A DNA stretch of 64,000 nucleotides, taken from positions 19,453,028 through 19,517,027 of the forward strand of contig CM082576.2 of NCBI GenBank assembly GCA_040954595.2. Reading direction: 5' to 3'. The translations under genes and the position numbers were made by a program. The first letter of the stretch is position 1, and each line of letters begins with the position of its first letter. The notes beneath the pieces are model-generated. The model made no database searches. It had not been told where the DNA came from and worked only from the letters and a program-made list of their open reading frames with translations. The DNA comes from Balanoglossus misakiensis. Lineage: Eukaryota > Animalia > Hemichordata. Positions 11,601 to 25,240 of the stretch are shown in pieces.

Positions 11601-14600
11601 CTTTGCGTCAACATTAACTAGGCCAGAGTGGCCAGTATCGTGCCCATTAATTTTGAGTGTTTGGTGGGGTCAACCTTTGCGTCAACATTAACTAGGCCAG
11701 AGTGGCCAGTATCGTGCCCATTAATTTTGAGTGTTTGGAGGGGTCAACCTTTGCGTCAACATTAACTAGGCCAGAGTGGCCAGTATCGTGCCCATTAATT
11801 TTGAGTGTTTGGTGGGGTCAACCTTTGCGTCAACATTAACCAGAGCACACAGTAACCAGGCCGTAGTGGACAGTGTTCTGGCCATTAATTTTGAGTGTTT
11901 GGTGGGGTCAACCTTTGCGTCAACATTAACCAGAGCACACAGTAACCAGGCCGTAGTGGACAGTGTTCTGCCCATTAATTTTGAGTGTTTGGTGGGGTCA
12001 ACCTTTGCGTCAACATTAACCAGAGCACACAGTAACCAGGCCGTAGTGGACAGTGTTCTGCCCATTAATTTTGAGTGTTTGGTGGGGTCAACCTTTGCGT
12101 CAACATTAACCAGAGCACACAGTAACCAGGCCGTAGTGGACAGTGTTCTGCCCATTAATTTTGAGTGTTTGGTGGGGTCAACCTTTGCGTCAACATTAAC
12201 CAGAGCACACAGTAACCAGGCCGTAGTGGACAGTGTTCTGCCCATTAATTTTGAGTGTTTGGTGGGGTCAACCTTTGCGTCAACATTAACCAGAGCACAC
12301 AGTAACCAGGCCGTAGTGGACAGTGTTCTGCCCATTAATTTTGAGTGTTTGGTGGGGTCAACCTTTGCGTCAACATTAACCAGAGCACACAGTAACCAGG
12401 CCGTAGTGGACAGTGTTCTGCCCATTAATTTTGAGTGTTTGGTGGGGTCAACCTTTGCGTCAACATTTACCAGAGCACACAGTAACCAGGCCGTAGTGGA
12501 CAGTGTTCTGCCCATTAATTTTGAGTGTTTGGTGGGGTCAACCTTTGTGTCAACATTAACCAGAGCACACAGTAACCAGGCCGTAGTGGACAGTGTTCTG
12601 CCCATTAATTTTGAGTGTTTGGTGGGGTCAACCTTTGCGTCAACATTAACCAGAGCACACAGTAACCAGGCCATAGTGGACAGTGTGCTGCCCATTAATT
12701 TTGAGTGTTTGGTGGGGTCAACCTTTGCGTCAACATTAACCAGAGCACACAGTAACCAAGCCATAGTGGACAGTGTTCTGCCCATTAATTTTGAGTGTTT
12801 GGTGGGGTCAACCTTTGCGTCAACATTAACTAGGCCAGAGTGGCCAGTATCGTGCCCATTAATTTTGAGTGTTTGGTGGGGTCAACCTTTGCGTCAACAT
12901 TAACTAGGCCAGAGTGGCCAGTATCGTGCCCATTATTTTTGAGGGTTTGGTGGGGTCTACCTTTGCGTCAACATTAACTAGGCCAGAGTGGCCAGTATCG
13001 TGCCCATTAATTTTGAGTGTTTGGTGGGGTCAACCTTTGCGTCAACATTAACTAGGCCAGAGTGGCCAGTATCGTGCCCATTAATTTTGAGTGTTTGGTG
13101 GGGGTCAACCTTTGCGTCAACATTAACCAGAGCACACAGTAACCAGGCCGTAGTGGACAGTGTTCTGCCCATTAATTTTGAGTGTTTGGTGGGGTCAACC
13201 TTTGCGTCAACATTTACCAGAGCACACAGTAACCAGGCCGTAGTGGACAGTGTTCTGCCCATTAATTTTGAGTGTTTGGTGGGGTCAACCTTTGTGTCAA
13301 CATTAACCAGAGCACACAGTAACCAGGCCGTAGTGGACAGTGTTCTGCCCATTAATTTTGAGTGTTTGGTGGGGTCAACCTTTGCGTCAACATTAACCAG
13401 AGCACACAGTAACCAGGCCATAGTGGACAGTGTGCTGCCCATTAATTTTGAGTGTTTGGTGGGGTCAACCTTTGCGTCAACATTAACCAGAGCACACAGT
13501 AACCAAGCCATAGTGGACAGTGTTCTGCCCATTAATTTTGAGTGTTTGGTGGGGTCAACCTTTGCGTCAACATTAACCAGAGCACACAGTAACCAGGCCG
13601 TAGTGGACAGTGTTCTGCCCATTAATTTTGAGTGTTTGGTGGGGTCAACCTTTGCGTCAACATTAACCAGAGCACACAGTAACCAGGCCGTAGTGGACAG
13701 TGTTCTGCCCATTAATTTTGAGTGTTTGGTGGGGTCAACCTTTGCGTCAACATTAACCAGAGCACACAGTAACCAGGCCATAGTGGACAGTGTGCTGCCC
13801 ATTAATTTTGAGTGTTTGGTGGGGTCAACCTTTGCGTCAACATTAACCAGAGCACAGAGTAACCAGGCCATAGTGGACAGTGTTCTGCCCATTAATTTTG
13901 AGTGTTTGGTGGGGTCAACCTTTGCGTCAACATTAATCAGAGCACACAGTAACCAGGCCGTAGTGGACAGTGTTCTGCCCATTAATTTTGAGTGTTTGGT
14001 GGGGTCAACCTTTGCGTCAACATTAACCAGAGCACACAGTAACCAGGCCATAGTGGACAGTGTTCTGCCCATTAATTTTGAGTGTTTGGTGGGGTCAACC
14101 TTTGCGTCAACATTAACCAGAGCACACAGTAACCAGGCCGTAGTGGACAGTGTTCTTCCCATTAATTTTGAGTGTTTGGTGGGGTCAACCTTTGCGTCAA
14201 CATTAACTAGGCCAGAGTGGCCAGTATCGTGCCCATTAATTTTGAGTGTTTGGTGGGGTCAACCTTTGCGTCAACATTAACTAGGCCAGAGTGGCCAGTA
14301 TCGTGCCCATTATTTTTGAGGGTTTGGTGGGGTCTACCTTTGCGTCAACATTAACTAGGCCAGAGTGGCCAGTATCGTGCCCATTAATTTTGAGTGTTTG
14401 GTGGGGTCAACCTTTGCGTCAACATTAACTAGGCCAGAGTGGCCAGTATCGTGCCCATTAATTTTGAGTGTTTGGTGGGGGTCAACCTTTGCGTCAACAT
14501 TAACCAGAGCACACAGTAACCAGGCCGTAGTGGACAGTGTTCTGCCCATTAATTTTGAGTGTTTGGTGGGGTCAACCTTTGCGTCAACATTAACCAGAGC

Positions 14601-17600
14601 ACACAGTAACCAGGCCATAGTGGACAGTGTGCTGCCCATTAATTTTGAGTGTTTGGTGGGGTCAACCTTTGCGTCAACATTAACCAGAGCACACAGTAAC
14701 CAGGCCATAGTGGACAGTGTTCTGCCCATTAATTTTGAGTGTTTGGTGGGGTCAACCTTTGCGTCAACATTAACCAGAGCACACAGTAACCAGGCCGTAG
14801 TGGACAGTGTTCTGCCCATTAATTTTGAGTGTTTGGTGGGGTCAACCTTTGCGTCAACATTAACCAGAGCACACAGTAACCAGGCCGTAGTGGACAGTGT
14901 TCTGCCCATTAATTTTGAGTGTTTGGTGGGGTCAACCTTTGCGTCAACATTAACCAGAGCACACAGTAACCAGGCCGTAGTGGACAGTGTTCTGCCCATT
15001 AATTTTGAGTGTTTGGTGGGGTCAACCTTTGCGTCAACATTAACCAGAGCACACAGTAACCAGGCCGTAGTGGACAGTGTTCTGCCCATTAATTTTGAGT
15101 GTTTGGTGGGGTCAACCTTTGCGTCAACATTAACCAGAGCACACAGTAACCAGGCCATAGTGGACAGTGTGCTGCCCATTAATTTTGAGTGTTTGGTGGG
15201 GTCAACCTTTGCGTCAACATTAACCAGAGCACAGAGTAACCAGGCCATAGTGGACAGTGTTCTGCCCATTAATTTTGAGTGTTTGGTGGGGTCAACCTTT
15301 GCGTCAACATTAATCAGAGCACACAGTAACCAGGCCGTAGTGGACAGTGTTCTGCCCATTAATTTTGAGTGTTTGGTGGGGTCAACCTTTGCGTCAACAT
15401 TAACCAGAGCACACAGTAACCAGGCCATAGTGGACAGTGTTCTGCCCATTAATTTTGAGTGTTTGGTGGGGTCAACCTTTGCGTCAACATTAACCAGAGC
15501 ACACAGTAACCAGGCCGTAGTGGACAGTGTTCTTCCCATTAATTTTGAGTGTTTGGTGGGGTCAACCTTTGCGTCAACATTAACTAGGCCAGAGTGGCCA
15601 GTATCGTGCCCATTAATTTTGAGTGTTTGGTGGGGTCAACCTTTGCGTCAACATTAACTAGGCCAGAGTGGCCAGTATCGTGCCCATTATTTTTGAGGGT
15701 TTGGTGGGGTCTACCTTTGCGTCAACATTAACTAGGCCAGAGTGGCCAGTATCGTGCCCATTAATTTTGAGTGTTTGGTGGGGTCAACCTTTGCGTCAAC
15801 ATTAACTAGGCCAGAGTGGCCAGTATCGTGCCCATTAATTTTGAGTGTTTGGTGGGGGTCAACCTTTGCGTCAACATTAACCAGAGCACACAGTAACCAG
15901 GCCGTAGTGGACAGTGTTCTGCCCATTAATTTTGAGTGTTTGGTGGGGTCAACCTTTGCGTCAACATTAACCAGAGCACACAGTAACCAGGCCATAGTGG
16001 ACAGTGTGCTGCCCATTAATTTTGAGTGTTTGGTGGGGTCAACCTTTGCATCAACATTAACCAGAGCACACAGTAACCAGGCCATAGTGGACAGTGTTCT
16101 GCCCATTAATTTTGAGTGTTTGGTGGGGTCAACCTTTGCGTCAACATTAACCAGAGCACACAGTAACCAGGCCGTAGTGGACAGTGTTCTGCCCATTAAT
16201 TTTGAGTGTTTGGTGGGGTCAACCTTTGCGTCAACATTAACCAGAGCACACAGTAACCAGGCCGTAGTGGACAGTGTTCTGCCCATTAATTTTGAGTGTT
16301 TGGTGGGGTCAACCTTTGCGTCAACATTAACCAGAGCACACAGTAACCAGGCCATAGTGGACAGTGTTCTGCCCATTTATTTTGAGTGTTTGGTGGGGTC
16401 AACCTTTGCGTCAACATTAACCAGAGCACACAGTAACCAGGCCGTAGTGGACAGTGTTCTGCCCATTAATTTTGAGTGTTTGGTGGGGTCAACCTTTGCG
16501 TCAACATTAACCAGAGCACACAGTAACCAGGCCATAGTGGACAGTGTTCTGCCCATTTATTTTGAGTGTTTGGTGGGGTCAACCTTTGCGTCAACATTAA
16601 CCAGAGCACACAGTAACCAGGCCGTAGTGGACAGTGTTCTGCCCATTAATTTTGAGTGTTTGGTGGGGTCAACCTTTGCGTCAACATTAACCAGAGCACA
16701 CAGTAACCAGGCCATAGTGGACAGTGTTCTGCCCATTAATTTTGAGTGTTTGGTGGGGTCAACCTTTGCGTCAACATTAACCAGAGCACACAGTAACCAG
16801 GCCGTAGTGGACAGTGTTCTTCCCATTAATTTTGAGTGTTTGGTGGGGTCAACCTTTGCGTCAACATTAACTAGGCCAGAGTGGCCAGTATCGTGCCCAT
16901 TAATTTTGAGTGTTTGGTGGGGTCAACCTTTGCGTCAACATTAACTAGGCCAGAGTGGCCAGTATCGTGCCCATTATTTTTGAGGGTTTGGTGGGGTCTA
17001 CCTTTGCGTCAACATTAACTAGGCCAGAGTGGCCAGTATCGTGCCCATTAATTTTGAGTGTTTGGTGGGGTCAACCTTTGCGTCAACATTAACTAGGCCA
17101 GAGTGGCCAGTATCGTGCCCATTAATTTTGAGTGTTTGGTGGGGGTCAACCTTTGCGTCAACATTAACCAGAGCACACAGTAACCAGGCCGTAGTGGACA
17201 GTGTTCTGCCCATTAATTTTGAGTGTTTGGTGGGGTCAACCTTTGCGTCAACATTAACCAGAGCACACAGTAACCAGGCCATAGTGGACAGTGTGCTGCC
17301 CATTAATTTTGAGTGTTTGGTGGGGTCAACCTTTGCGTCAACATTAACCAGAGCACACAGTAACCAGGCCGTAGTGGACAGTGTTCTGCCCATTAATTTT
17401 GAGTGTTTGGTGGGGTCAACCTTTGCGTCAACATTAACCAGAGCACACAGTAACCAGGCCGTAGTGGACAGTGTTCTGCCCATTAATTTTGAGTGTTTGG
17501 TGGGGTCAACCTTTGCGTCAACATTAACCAGAGCACACAGTAACCAGGCCATAGTGGACAGTGTTCTGCCCATTTATTTTGAGTGTTTGGTGGGGTCAAC

Positions 17601-20600
17601 CTTTGCGTCAACATTAACCAGAGCACACAGTAACCAGGCCGTAGTGGACAGTGTTCTGCCCATTAATTTTGAGTGTTTGGTGGGGTCAACCTTTGCGTCA
17701 ACATTAACCAGAGCACACAGTAACCAGGCCATAGTGGACAGTGTGCTGCCCATTAATTTTGAGTGTTTGGTGGGGTCAACCTTTGCGTCAACATTAACCA
17801 GAGCACAGAGTAACCAGGCCATAGTGGACAGTGTTCTGCCCATTAATTTTGAGTGTTTGGTGGGGTCAACCTTTGCGTCAACATTAACCAGAGCACACAG
17901 TAACCAGGCCGTAGTGGACAGTGTTCTGCCCATTAATTTTGAGTGTTTGGTGGGGTCAACCTTTGCGTCAACATTAACTAGGCCAGAGTGGCCAGTATCG
18001 TGCCCATTAATTTTGAGTGTTTGGTGGGGTCAACCTTTGCGTCAACATTAACTAGGCCAGAGTGGCCAGTATCGTGCCCATTAATTTTGAGTGTTTGGTG
18101 GGGTCAACCTTTGCGTCAACATTAACTAGGCCAGAGTGGCCAGTATCGTGCCCATTAATTTTGAGTGTTTGGTGGGGTCAACCTTTGCGTCAACATTAAC
18201 TAGGCCAGAGTGGCCAGTATCGTGCCCATTAATTTTGAGTGTTTGGTGGGGGTCAACCTTTGCGTCAACATTAACCAGAGCACACAGTAACCAGGCCGTA
18301 GTGGACAGTGTTCTGCCCATTAATTTTGAGTGTTTGGTGGGGTCAACCTTTGCGTCAACATTAACCAGAGCACACAGTAACCAGGCCATAGTGGACAGTG
18401 TGCTGCCCATTAATTTTGAGTGTTTGGTGGGGTCAACCTTTGCGTCAACATTAACCAGAGCACACAGTAACCAGGCCATAGTGGACAGTGTTCTGCCCAT
18501 TAATTTTGAGTGTTTGGTGGGGTCAACCTTTGCGTCAACATTAACCAGAGCACACAGTAACCAGGCCGTAGTGGACAGTGTTCTGCCCATTAATTTTGAG
18601 TGTTTGGTGGGGTCAACCTTTGCGTCAACATTAACCAGAGCACACAGTAACCAGGCCGTAGTGGACAGTGTTCTGCCCATTAATTTTGAGTGTTTGGTGG
18701 GGTCAACCTTTGCGTCAACATTAACCAGAGCACACAGTAACCAGGCCATAGTGGACAGTGTTCTGCCCATTAATTTTGAGTGTTTGGTGGGGTCAACCTT
18801 TGCGTCAACATAGACCAGAGCACACAGTAACCAGGCCGTAGTGGACAGTGTTCTGCCCATTAATTTTGAGTGTTTGGTGGGGTCAACCTTTGCGTCAACA
18901 TTAACCAGAGCACACAGTAACCAGGCCATAGTGGACAGTGTTCTGCCCATTAATTTTGAGTGTTTGGTGGGGTCAACCTTTGCGTCAACATTAACCAGAG
19001 CACACAGTAACCAGGCCATAGTGGACAGTATGCTGCCCATTGATTTTGAGTGTTTGGTGGCGTCAACCTTTGCGTCAACATTAACCAGAGCACACAATAA
19101 CCAGGCCGTAGTGGACAGTGTTCTGCCCATTAATTTTGAGTGTTTGGTGGTGTCAACCTTTGCGTCAACATTAACCAGAGCACACAGTAACCAGGCCATA
19201 GTGGACAGTGTTCTGCCCATTAATTTTGAGTGTTTGGTGGGGTCAACCTTTGCGTCAACATTAACCAGAGCACACAGTAACCAGTCTGTAGTGGACAGTG
19301 TGCTGCCCATTAATTTTGAGTGTTTGGTGGGGTCAACCTTTGCGTCAACATTAACTAGGCCAGAGTGGCCAGTATCGTGCCCATTAATTTTGAGTGTTTG
19401 GTGGGGGTCAACCTTTGCGTTAACATTAACTAGGCCAGAGTGGCCAGTATCGTGCCCATTAATTTTGAGTGTTTGGTGGGGGTCAACCTTTGCGTCAACA
19501 TTAACTAGGCCAGAGTGGCCAGTATCCTGCCCATTAATTTTGAGTGTTTGGTGGGGTCAACCTTTGCATCAACATTAACCAGAGCACACAGTAACCAGGC
19601 CATAGTGGACAGTGTTCTGCCCATTAATTTTGAGTGTTTGGTGGGGTCAACCTTTGCGTCAACATTAACCAGAGCACACAGTAACCAGGCCATAGTGGAC
19701 AGTGTGCTGCCCATTAATTTTGAGTGTTTGGAGGGGTCAACCTTTGCGTCAACATAGACCAGAGCACACAGTAACCAGGCCGTAGTGGACAGTGTTCTGC
19801 CCATTAATTTTGAGTGTTTGGTGGGGTCAACCTTTGCGTCAACATTAACCAAAGCACACAGTAACCAGGCCATAGTGGACAGTGTGCTGCCCATTAATTT
19901 TGAGTGTTTGGTGGGGTCAACCTTTGCGTCAACATTAACCAGAGCACACAGTAACCAGGCCATAGTGGACAGTGTTCTGCCCATTAATTTTGAGTGTTTG
20001 GTGGGGTCAACCTTTGCGTCAACATTAACCAGAGCACACAGTAACCAGTCCATAGTGGACAGTGTGCTGCCCATTAATTTTGAGTGTTTGGTGGGGTCAA
20101 CCTTTGCGTCAACATTAACTAGGCCAGAGTGGCCAGTATCGTGCCCATTAATTTTGAGTGTTTGGTGGGGGTCAACCTTTGCGTCAACATTAACTAGGCC
20201 AGAGTGGCCAGTATCGTGCCCATTAATTTTGAGTGTTTGGTGGGGGTCAACCTTTGCGTCAACATTAACTAGGCCAGAGTGGCCAGTATCCTGCCCATTA
20301 ATTTTGAGTGTTTGGTGGGGTCAACCTTTGCATCAACATTAACCAGAGCACACAGTAACCAGGCCATAGTGGACAGTGTTCTGCCCATTAAATTTGAGTG
20401 TTTGGTGGGGTCAACCTTTGCGTCAACATTAACCAGAGCACACAGTAACCAGGCCATAGTGGACAGTGTGCTGCCCATTAATTTTGAGTGTTTGGTGGGG
20501 TCAACCTTTGCGTCAACATAGACCAGAGCACACAGTAACCAGGCCGTAGTGGACAGTGTTCTGCCCATTAATTTTGAGTGTTTGGTGGGGTCAACCTTTG

Positions 20601-22553
20601 CGTCAACATTAACCAGAGCACACAGTAACCAGGCCATAGTGGACAGTGTGCTGCCCATTAATTTTGAGTGTTTGGTGGGGTCAACCTTTGCGTCAACATT
20701 AACCAGAGCACACAGTAACCAGGCCATAGTGGACAGTGTTCTGCCCATTAATTTTGAGTGTTCGGTGGGGTCAACCTTTGCGTCAACATTAACCAGAGCA
20801 CACAGTAACCAGGCCATAGTGGACAGTGTGCTGCCCATTAATTTTGAGTGTTTGGTGGCGTCAACCTTTGCGTCAACATTAACCAGAGCACACAGTAACC
20901 AGGCCGTAGTGGACAGTGTTCTGCCCATTAATTTTGAGTGTTCGGTGGGGTCAACCTTTGCGTCAACATTAACCAGAGCACACAGTAACCAGGCCATAGT
21001 GGACAGTGTGCTGCCCATTAATTTTGAGTGTTCGGTGGGGTCAACCTTTGCGTCAACATTAACCAGAGCACACAGTAACCAGGCCATATAGGACAGTATG
21101 CTGCCCATTAATTTTGAGTGTTTGGTGGGGTCAACCTTTGCGTCAACATTAACCAGAGCACACAGTAACCAGGCCGTAGTGGACAGTGTTCTGCCCATTA
21201 ATTTTGAGTGTTCGGTGGGGTCAACCTTTGCGTCAACATTAACCAGAGCACACAGTAACCAGGCCATAGTGGACAGTGTGCTGCCCATTAATTTTGAGTG
21301 TTTGGTGGCGTCAACCTTTGCGTCAACATTAACCAGAGCAGACAATAACCAGGCCGTAGTGGACAGTGTTCTGCCCATTAATTTTGAGTGTTTGGTGGGG
21401 TCAACCTTTGCGTCAACATTAACCAGAGCACACAGTAACCAGGCCATAGTGGACAGTGTTCAGCCCATTAATTTTGAGTGTTTGGTGGGGTCAACCTTTG
21501 CGTCAACATTAACCAGAGCACACAGTAACCAGTCCGTAGTGGACAGTGTGCTGCCCATTAATTTTGAGTGTTTGGTGGGGTCAACCTTTGCGTCAACATT
21601 AACTAGGCCAGAGTGGCCAGTATCGTGCCCATTAATTTTGAGTGTTTGGTGGGGGTCAACCTTTGCGTCAACATTAACTAGGCCAGAGTGGCCAGTATCG
21701 TGCCCATTAATTGTAAGTGTTTGGTGGGGGTCAACCTTTGCGTCAACATTAACTAGGCCAGAGTGGCCAGTATCCTGCCCATTAATTTTGAGTGTTTGGT
21801 GGGGTCAACCTTTGCATCAACATTAACCAGAGCACACAGTAACCAGGCCGTAGTGGACAGTGTGCTGCCCATTAATTTTGAGTGTTTGGTGGGGTCAACC
21901 TTTGCGTCAACATTAACTAGGCCAGAGTGGCCAGTATCGTGCCCATTAATTTTGAGTGTTTGGTGGGGGTCAACCTTTGCGTCAACATTAACTAGGCCAG
22001 AGTGGCCAGTATCCTGCCCATTAATTTTGAGTGTTTGGTGGGGTCAACCTTTGCATCAACATTAACCAGAGCACACAGTAACCAGGCCATAGTGGACAGT
22101 GTTCTGCCCATTAATTTTGAGTGTTTGGTGGGGTCAACCTTTGCATCAACATTAACCAGAGCACACAGTAACCAGGCCGTAGTGGACAGTGTGCTGCCCA
22201 TTAATTTTGAGTGTTTGTTGGGGTCAACCTTTGCGTCAACATTAACCAGAGCACACAGTAACCAGGCCATAGTGGACAGTATGCTGCCCATTGATTTTGA
22301 GTGTTTGGTGGGGTCAACCTTTGCGTCAACATTAACTAGGCCAGAGTGGCCAGTATCGTGCCCATTAATTTTGAGTGTTTGGTGGGGTCAACCTTTGCGT
22401 CTACATTAACTAGGCCAGAGTGGCCAGTATGCTGCCTATTAATTTTGAGTGTTTGGTGGGGTCAACCTTTGCGTCAACATTAAGCAGGCCAGACAGTAAC
22501 CAGGCCAGAGTGGACAGTATCCTGCCTATTAATTTTGAGTGATTTGTGGGTCA
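8628..22553. repeat. ~14-kb satellite array of 90-bp (A) and 74/75-bp (B) units with higher-order repeats
   Basis: A = attaattttgagtgtttggtggggtcaacctttgcgtcaacattaaccagagcacacagtaaccaggcc(g/a)tagtggacagtgt(t/g)ctgccc. B keeps the first half and continues ...cattaactaggccagagtggccagtatcgtgccc. Confidence 0.98.
10194..10802. mobile_element. Palindromic Kolobok-type MITE inserted in the satellite
   Basis: TTAA duplicated at 10190-10193 and 10803-10806, and the satellite phase resumes exactly. Inverted arms of about 200 bp start aggggaaatccg. RR..YY termini with TTAA fit Kolobok rather than piggyBac (CC..GG). Confidence 0.9.
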
Positions 22554-23499
22554 ATTTGATCAAATACTGCCTACCGCTGGCGCTGCATATTTGAAGAAAT
22601 GTGAAAAGATGGCAAGACAGGTTTGGTAAATGTGGGCCCCCTAACTGAAGCAAAAGCGCAAACTTAAAACAAAGATATGAATTTGGAAGAGTTTTATTTA
22701 ATACATATGAAAAATAATGAAGACTTATGCTTCAAAGTAAGTATCGACGGAGTCGAACCGCCAATGCTGCAATGGCATTATACCCATAATACTTTTTTGC
22801 TTTTTGCATGAATTTCATTATTTTTCATATGCTGTGCAGCTAAAGTGTGGCTAGATGACTAACTGCTGATGTAAAATATCTTGCATACCAATTTGGAACA
22901 ATTACCCCAAGTAGTGGTCAAACAGAAACAATGCTTGCATTCAATTTAAAACAAGGTGACAAAAGTGGTTGAAATGAAACAATAAGCAAAAACAGTGTTT
23001 ATCAAACTGAAATAATGTGGTCGAAATGAAACAATGAGCAAAAACAGTGTTTATCAAACTGAAATAATGTGCCAAAATAGCTCCTGTTGATATTGCACAA
23101 AATTAACTGTTGCATTCTACCCTTGAGTTAATTTTTATTTCCAGGCAATTATGTGCTTAATACTAAATATTATCTATGGGTACAAACCATCAGTTTCTTA
23201 AGTGCAAATCGCAAGAAGCTCCCCCATACAATTTTAGTGTTTTTTTAAATCAAGCAAGATAATTACATACTGTGTGATAAACTAACTAACTTTACGCGCC
23301 TGGGGACAGTTAAAAACCTCGAGCCAAATATAAAATGAGGAAAAACTGCCCCCTCCCCCGTTGTGAATTTTAAAAGGTTGGGGCTCAAACTAACCAGAAT
23401 TGTCTTGCCGACTCCTATTTTTCTGTGTACATTTTGATGTATTGTTGTTACGCGAGATTGAGGATTCGTGTTGATGCGGGAATTACGATGACGAAAGCA

Positions 23500-23695
23500 A
23501 AAAATCCATCGGCGAATCAAACGGGCACACGGCGAAATTCCATTACACGACGATCCAACTGCGATGAAGAACGCGAACGCGGGTAACGTTGTAAAAAATC
23601 CATCGGCGAATCAAACGGGCACACGGCGAAATTCCATTACATGACGAGCGACCTGCAATGAAGAACGCGAACGCGGGTAACGCTGCAAAAAATCC
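23500..23695. repeat. Tandem duplication of a ~94-bp CpG-rich unit
   Basis: aaaaaatccatcggcgaatcaaacgggcacacggcgaaattccattaca...atgaagaacgcgaacgcgggtaacg occurs twice. Confidence 0.85.
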
Positions 23696-24478
23696 GCAGA
23701 CAATTATTACACGAATGCATAGCAACAATTATTTTACCCAACCTGACACTAATAAATTACCCAATGATTTTAAATTTCTTATTATTACACCCCAACTAAT
23801 CATTATACCTTTGTAATATTAACACCGTTTATACACATCCCATAATGTTTATACCATCAAGTTAATACCATTTTATTATTATTATACCACCAAAACCATG
23901 TGTTACCCATTTTTTTTATTATTACACCATTGATGTTAACACCTTTATATATTATACCGGTATTTACCCTCTGTACATGTACAGTTTTTATTTACCACGT
24001 GGCATTACTCATGTTTTTATAGTATTTTAATTACTTATCATACCCTTGAAACCATAATATTATACCCTTGCAGACAGTTTTATTATAGTACCCTTGTGCA
24101 CAATGTCTTATTAGTCATCATACACCAACCCTTCACCATTTCATTAGATTATACCATTTTTATTAGCCTAACCTGTTTATACACCAACCCTTCACCATTC
24201 CGTTAGATTATACCATTTTTTATTACCCTAACATATTCATACACCAACCCTTTACCATTCCCACAGATTAAACCATTTTTATTAGCCTAACCTATTGACA
24301 GCATCCCTCTGGTTTTGATATTGTTATCTGGTGCGGCGTTGTTGTAGATATTGATTAGACTCCCTCCGGCGATGATAATACCAATGAACCTATTGAAAAA
24401 AAAGAATGAATATTATTAATTAGATCAGATCAACAAATCATGGCGTTGTTCATCCCTCTGGTCACAGGAGCATCATCT

Positions 24479-25240
24479 GGCGTCGTTACAGGTTTAAGTT
24501 CATCCCTCCAGTACAGTATAAGGTGGCGGCGTCGTTACAAGTATTAAGTTCATCTCTCCAGTACAGTATTAGGTGGCGGCGTCGTTACAAGTATTAACTT
24601 CATCTCTCCAGTACAGTATTAGGTGGCGGCGTCGTTACAAGTATTAACTTCATCTCTCCAGTACAGTATTAGGTGGCGGCGTCGTTACAAGTTTAAGTTC
24701 ATCCCTCCAGTACAGTATTAGGTGGCGGCGTCGTTACAAGTATTAACTTCATCCCTCCAGTACAGTATTAGGTGGCGGCGTCGTTACAAGTATTAACTTC
24801 ATCTCTCCAGTACAGTATTAGGTGGCGGCGTCGTTACAAGTATTAACTTCATCTCTCCAGTACAGTATTAGGTGGCGGCGTCGTTACAAGTATTAACTTC
24901 ATCTCTCCAGTACAGTATTAGGTGGCGGCGTCGTTACAAGTATTAACTTCATCTCTCCAGTACAGTATTAGGTGGCGGCGTCGTTACAAGTATTAAGTTC
25001 ATCTCTCCAGTACAGTATTAGGTGGCGGCGTCGTTACAAGTATTAACTTCATCACTCCAGTACAGTATTAGGTGGCGGCGTCGTTACAAGTATTAACTTC
25101 ATCTCTCCAGTACAGTATTAGGTGGCGGCGTCGTTACAAGTATTAACTTCATCTCTCCAGTACAGTATTAGGTGGCGGCGTCGTTACAAGTTTAAGTTCA
25201 TACCTCCAGTACAGTATTAGGTGGCGACGTCGTTACAAAT
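24479..25240. repeat. 50-bp minisatellite, about 15 copies
   Basis: Unit gcgtcgttacaagtattaacttcatctctccagtacagtattaggtggcg, with some 49-bp variants. Confidence 0.95.

Noticed and set aside
8632-22409. Long ORFs on both strands (up to 430 aa)
   Set aside because: A 90-bp unit with no stop in one frame per strand produces these automatically. The 74-bp units shift frame, point variants create stops, and no splice or domain signal is present.
8628-22553. CRISPR-like array (constant half plus variable half)
   Set aside because: The variable part has only two recurring types rather than unique spacers, there are no cas genes, and the context is eukaryotic.
23560-23580. 5.8S rRNA-like motif cgatgaagaacgc
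   Set aside because: Only 13 nt match and the flanks are not rRNA-like.
24479-25240. CRISPR-like 50-bp array
   Set aside because: Units are head-to-tail and near-identical with no spacers.
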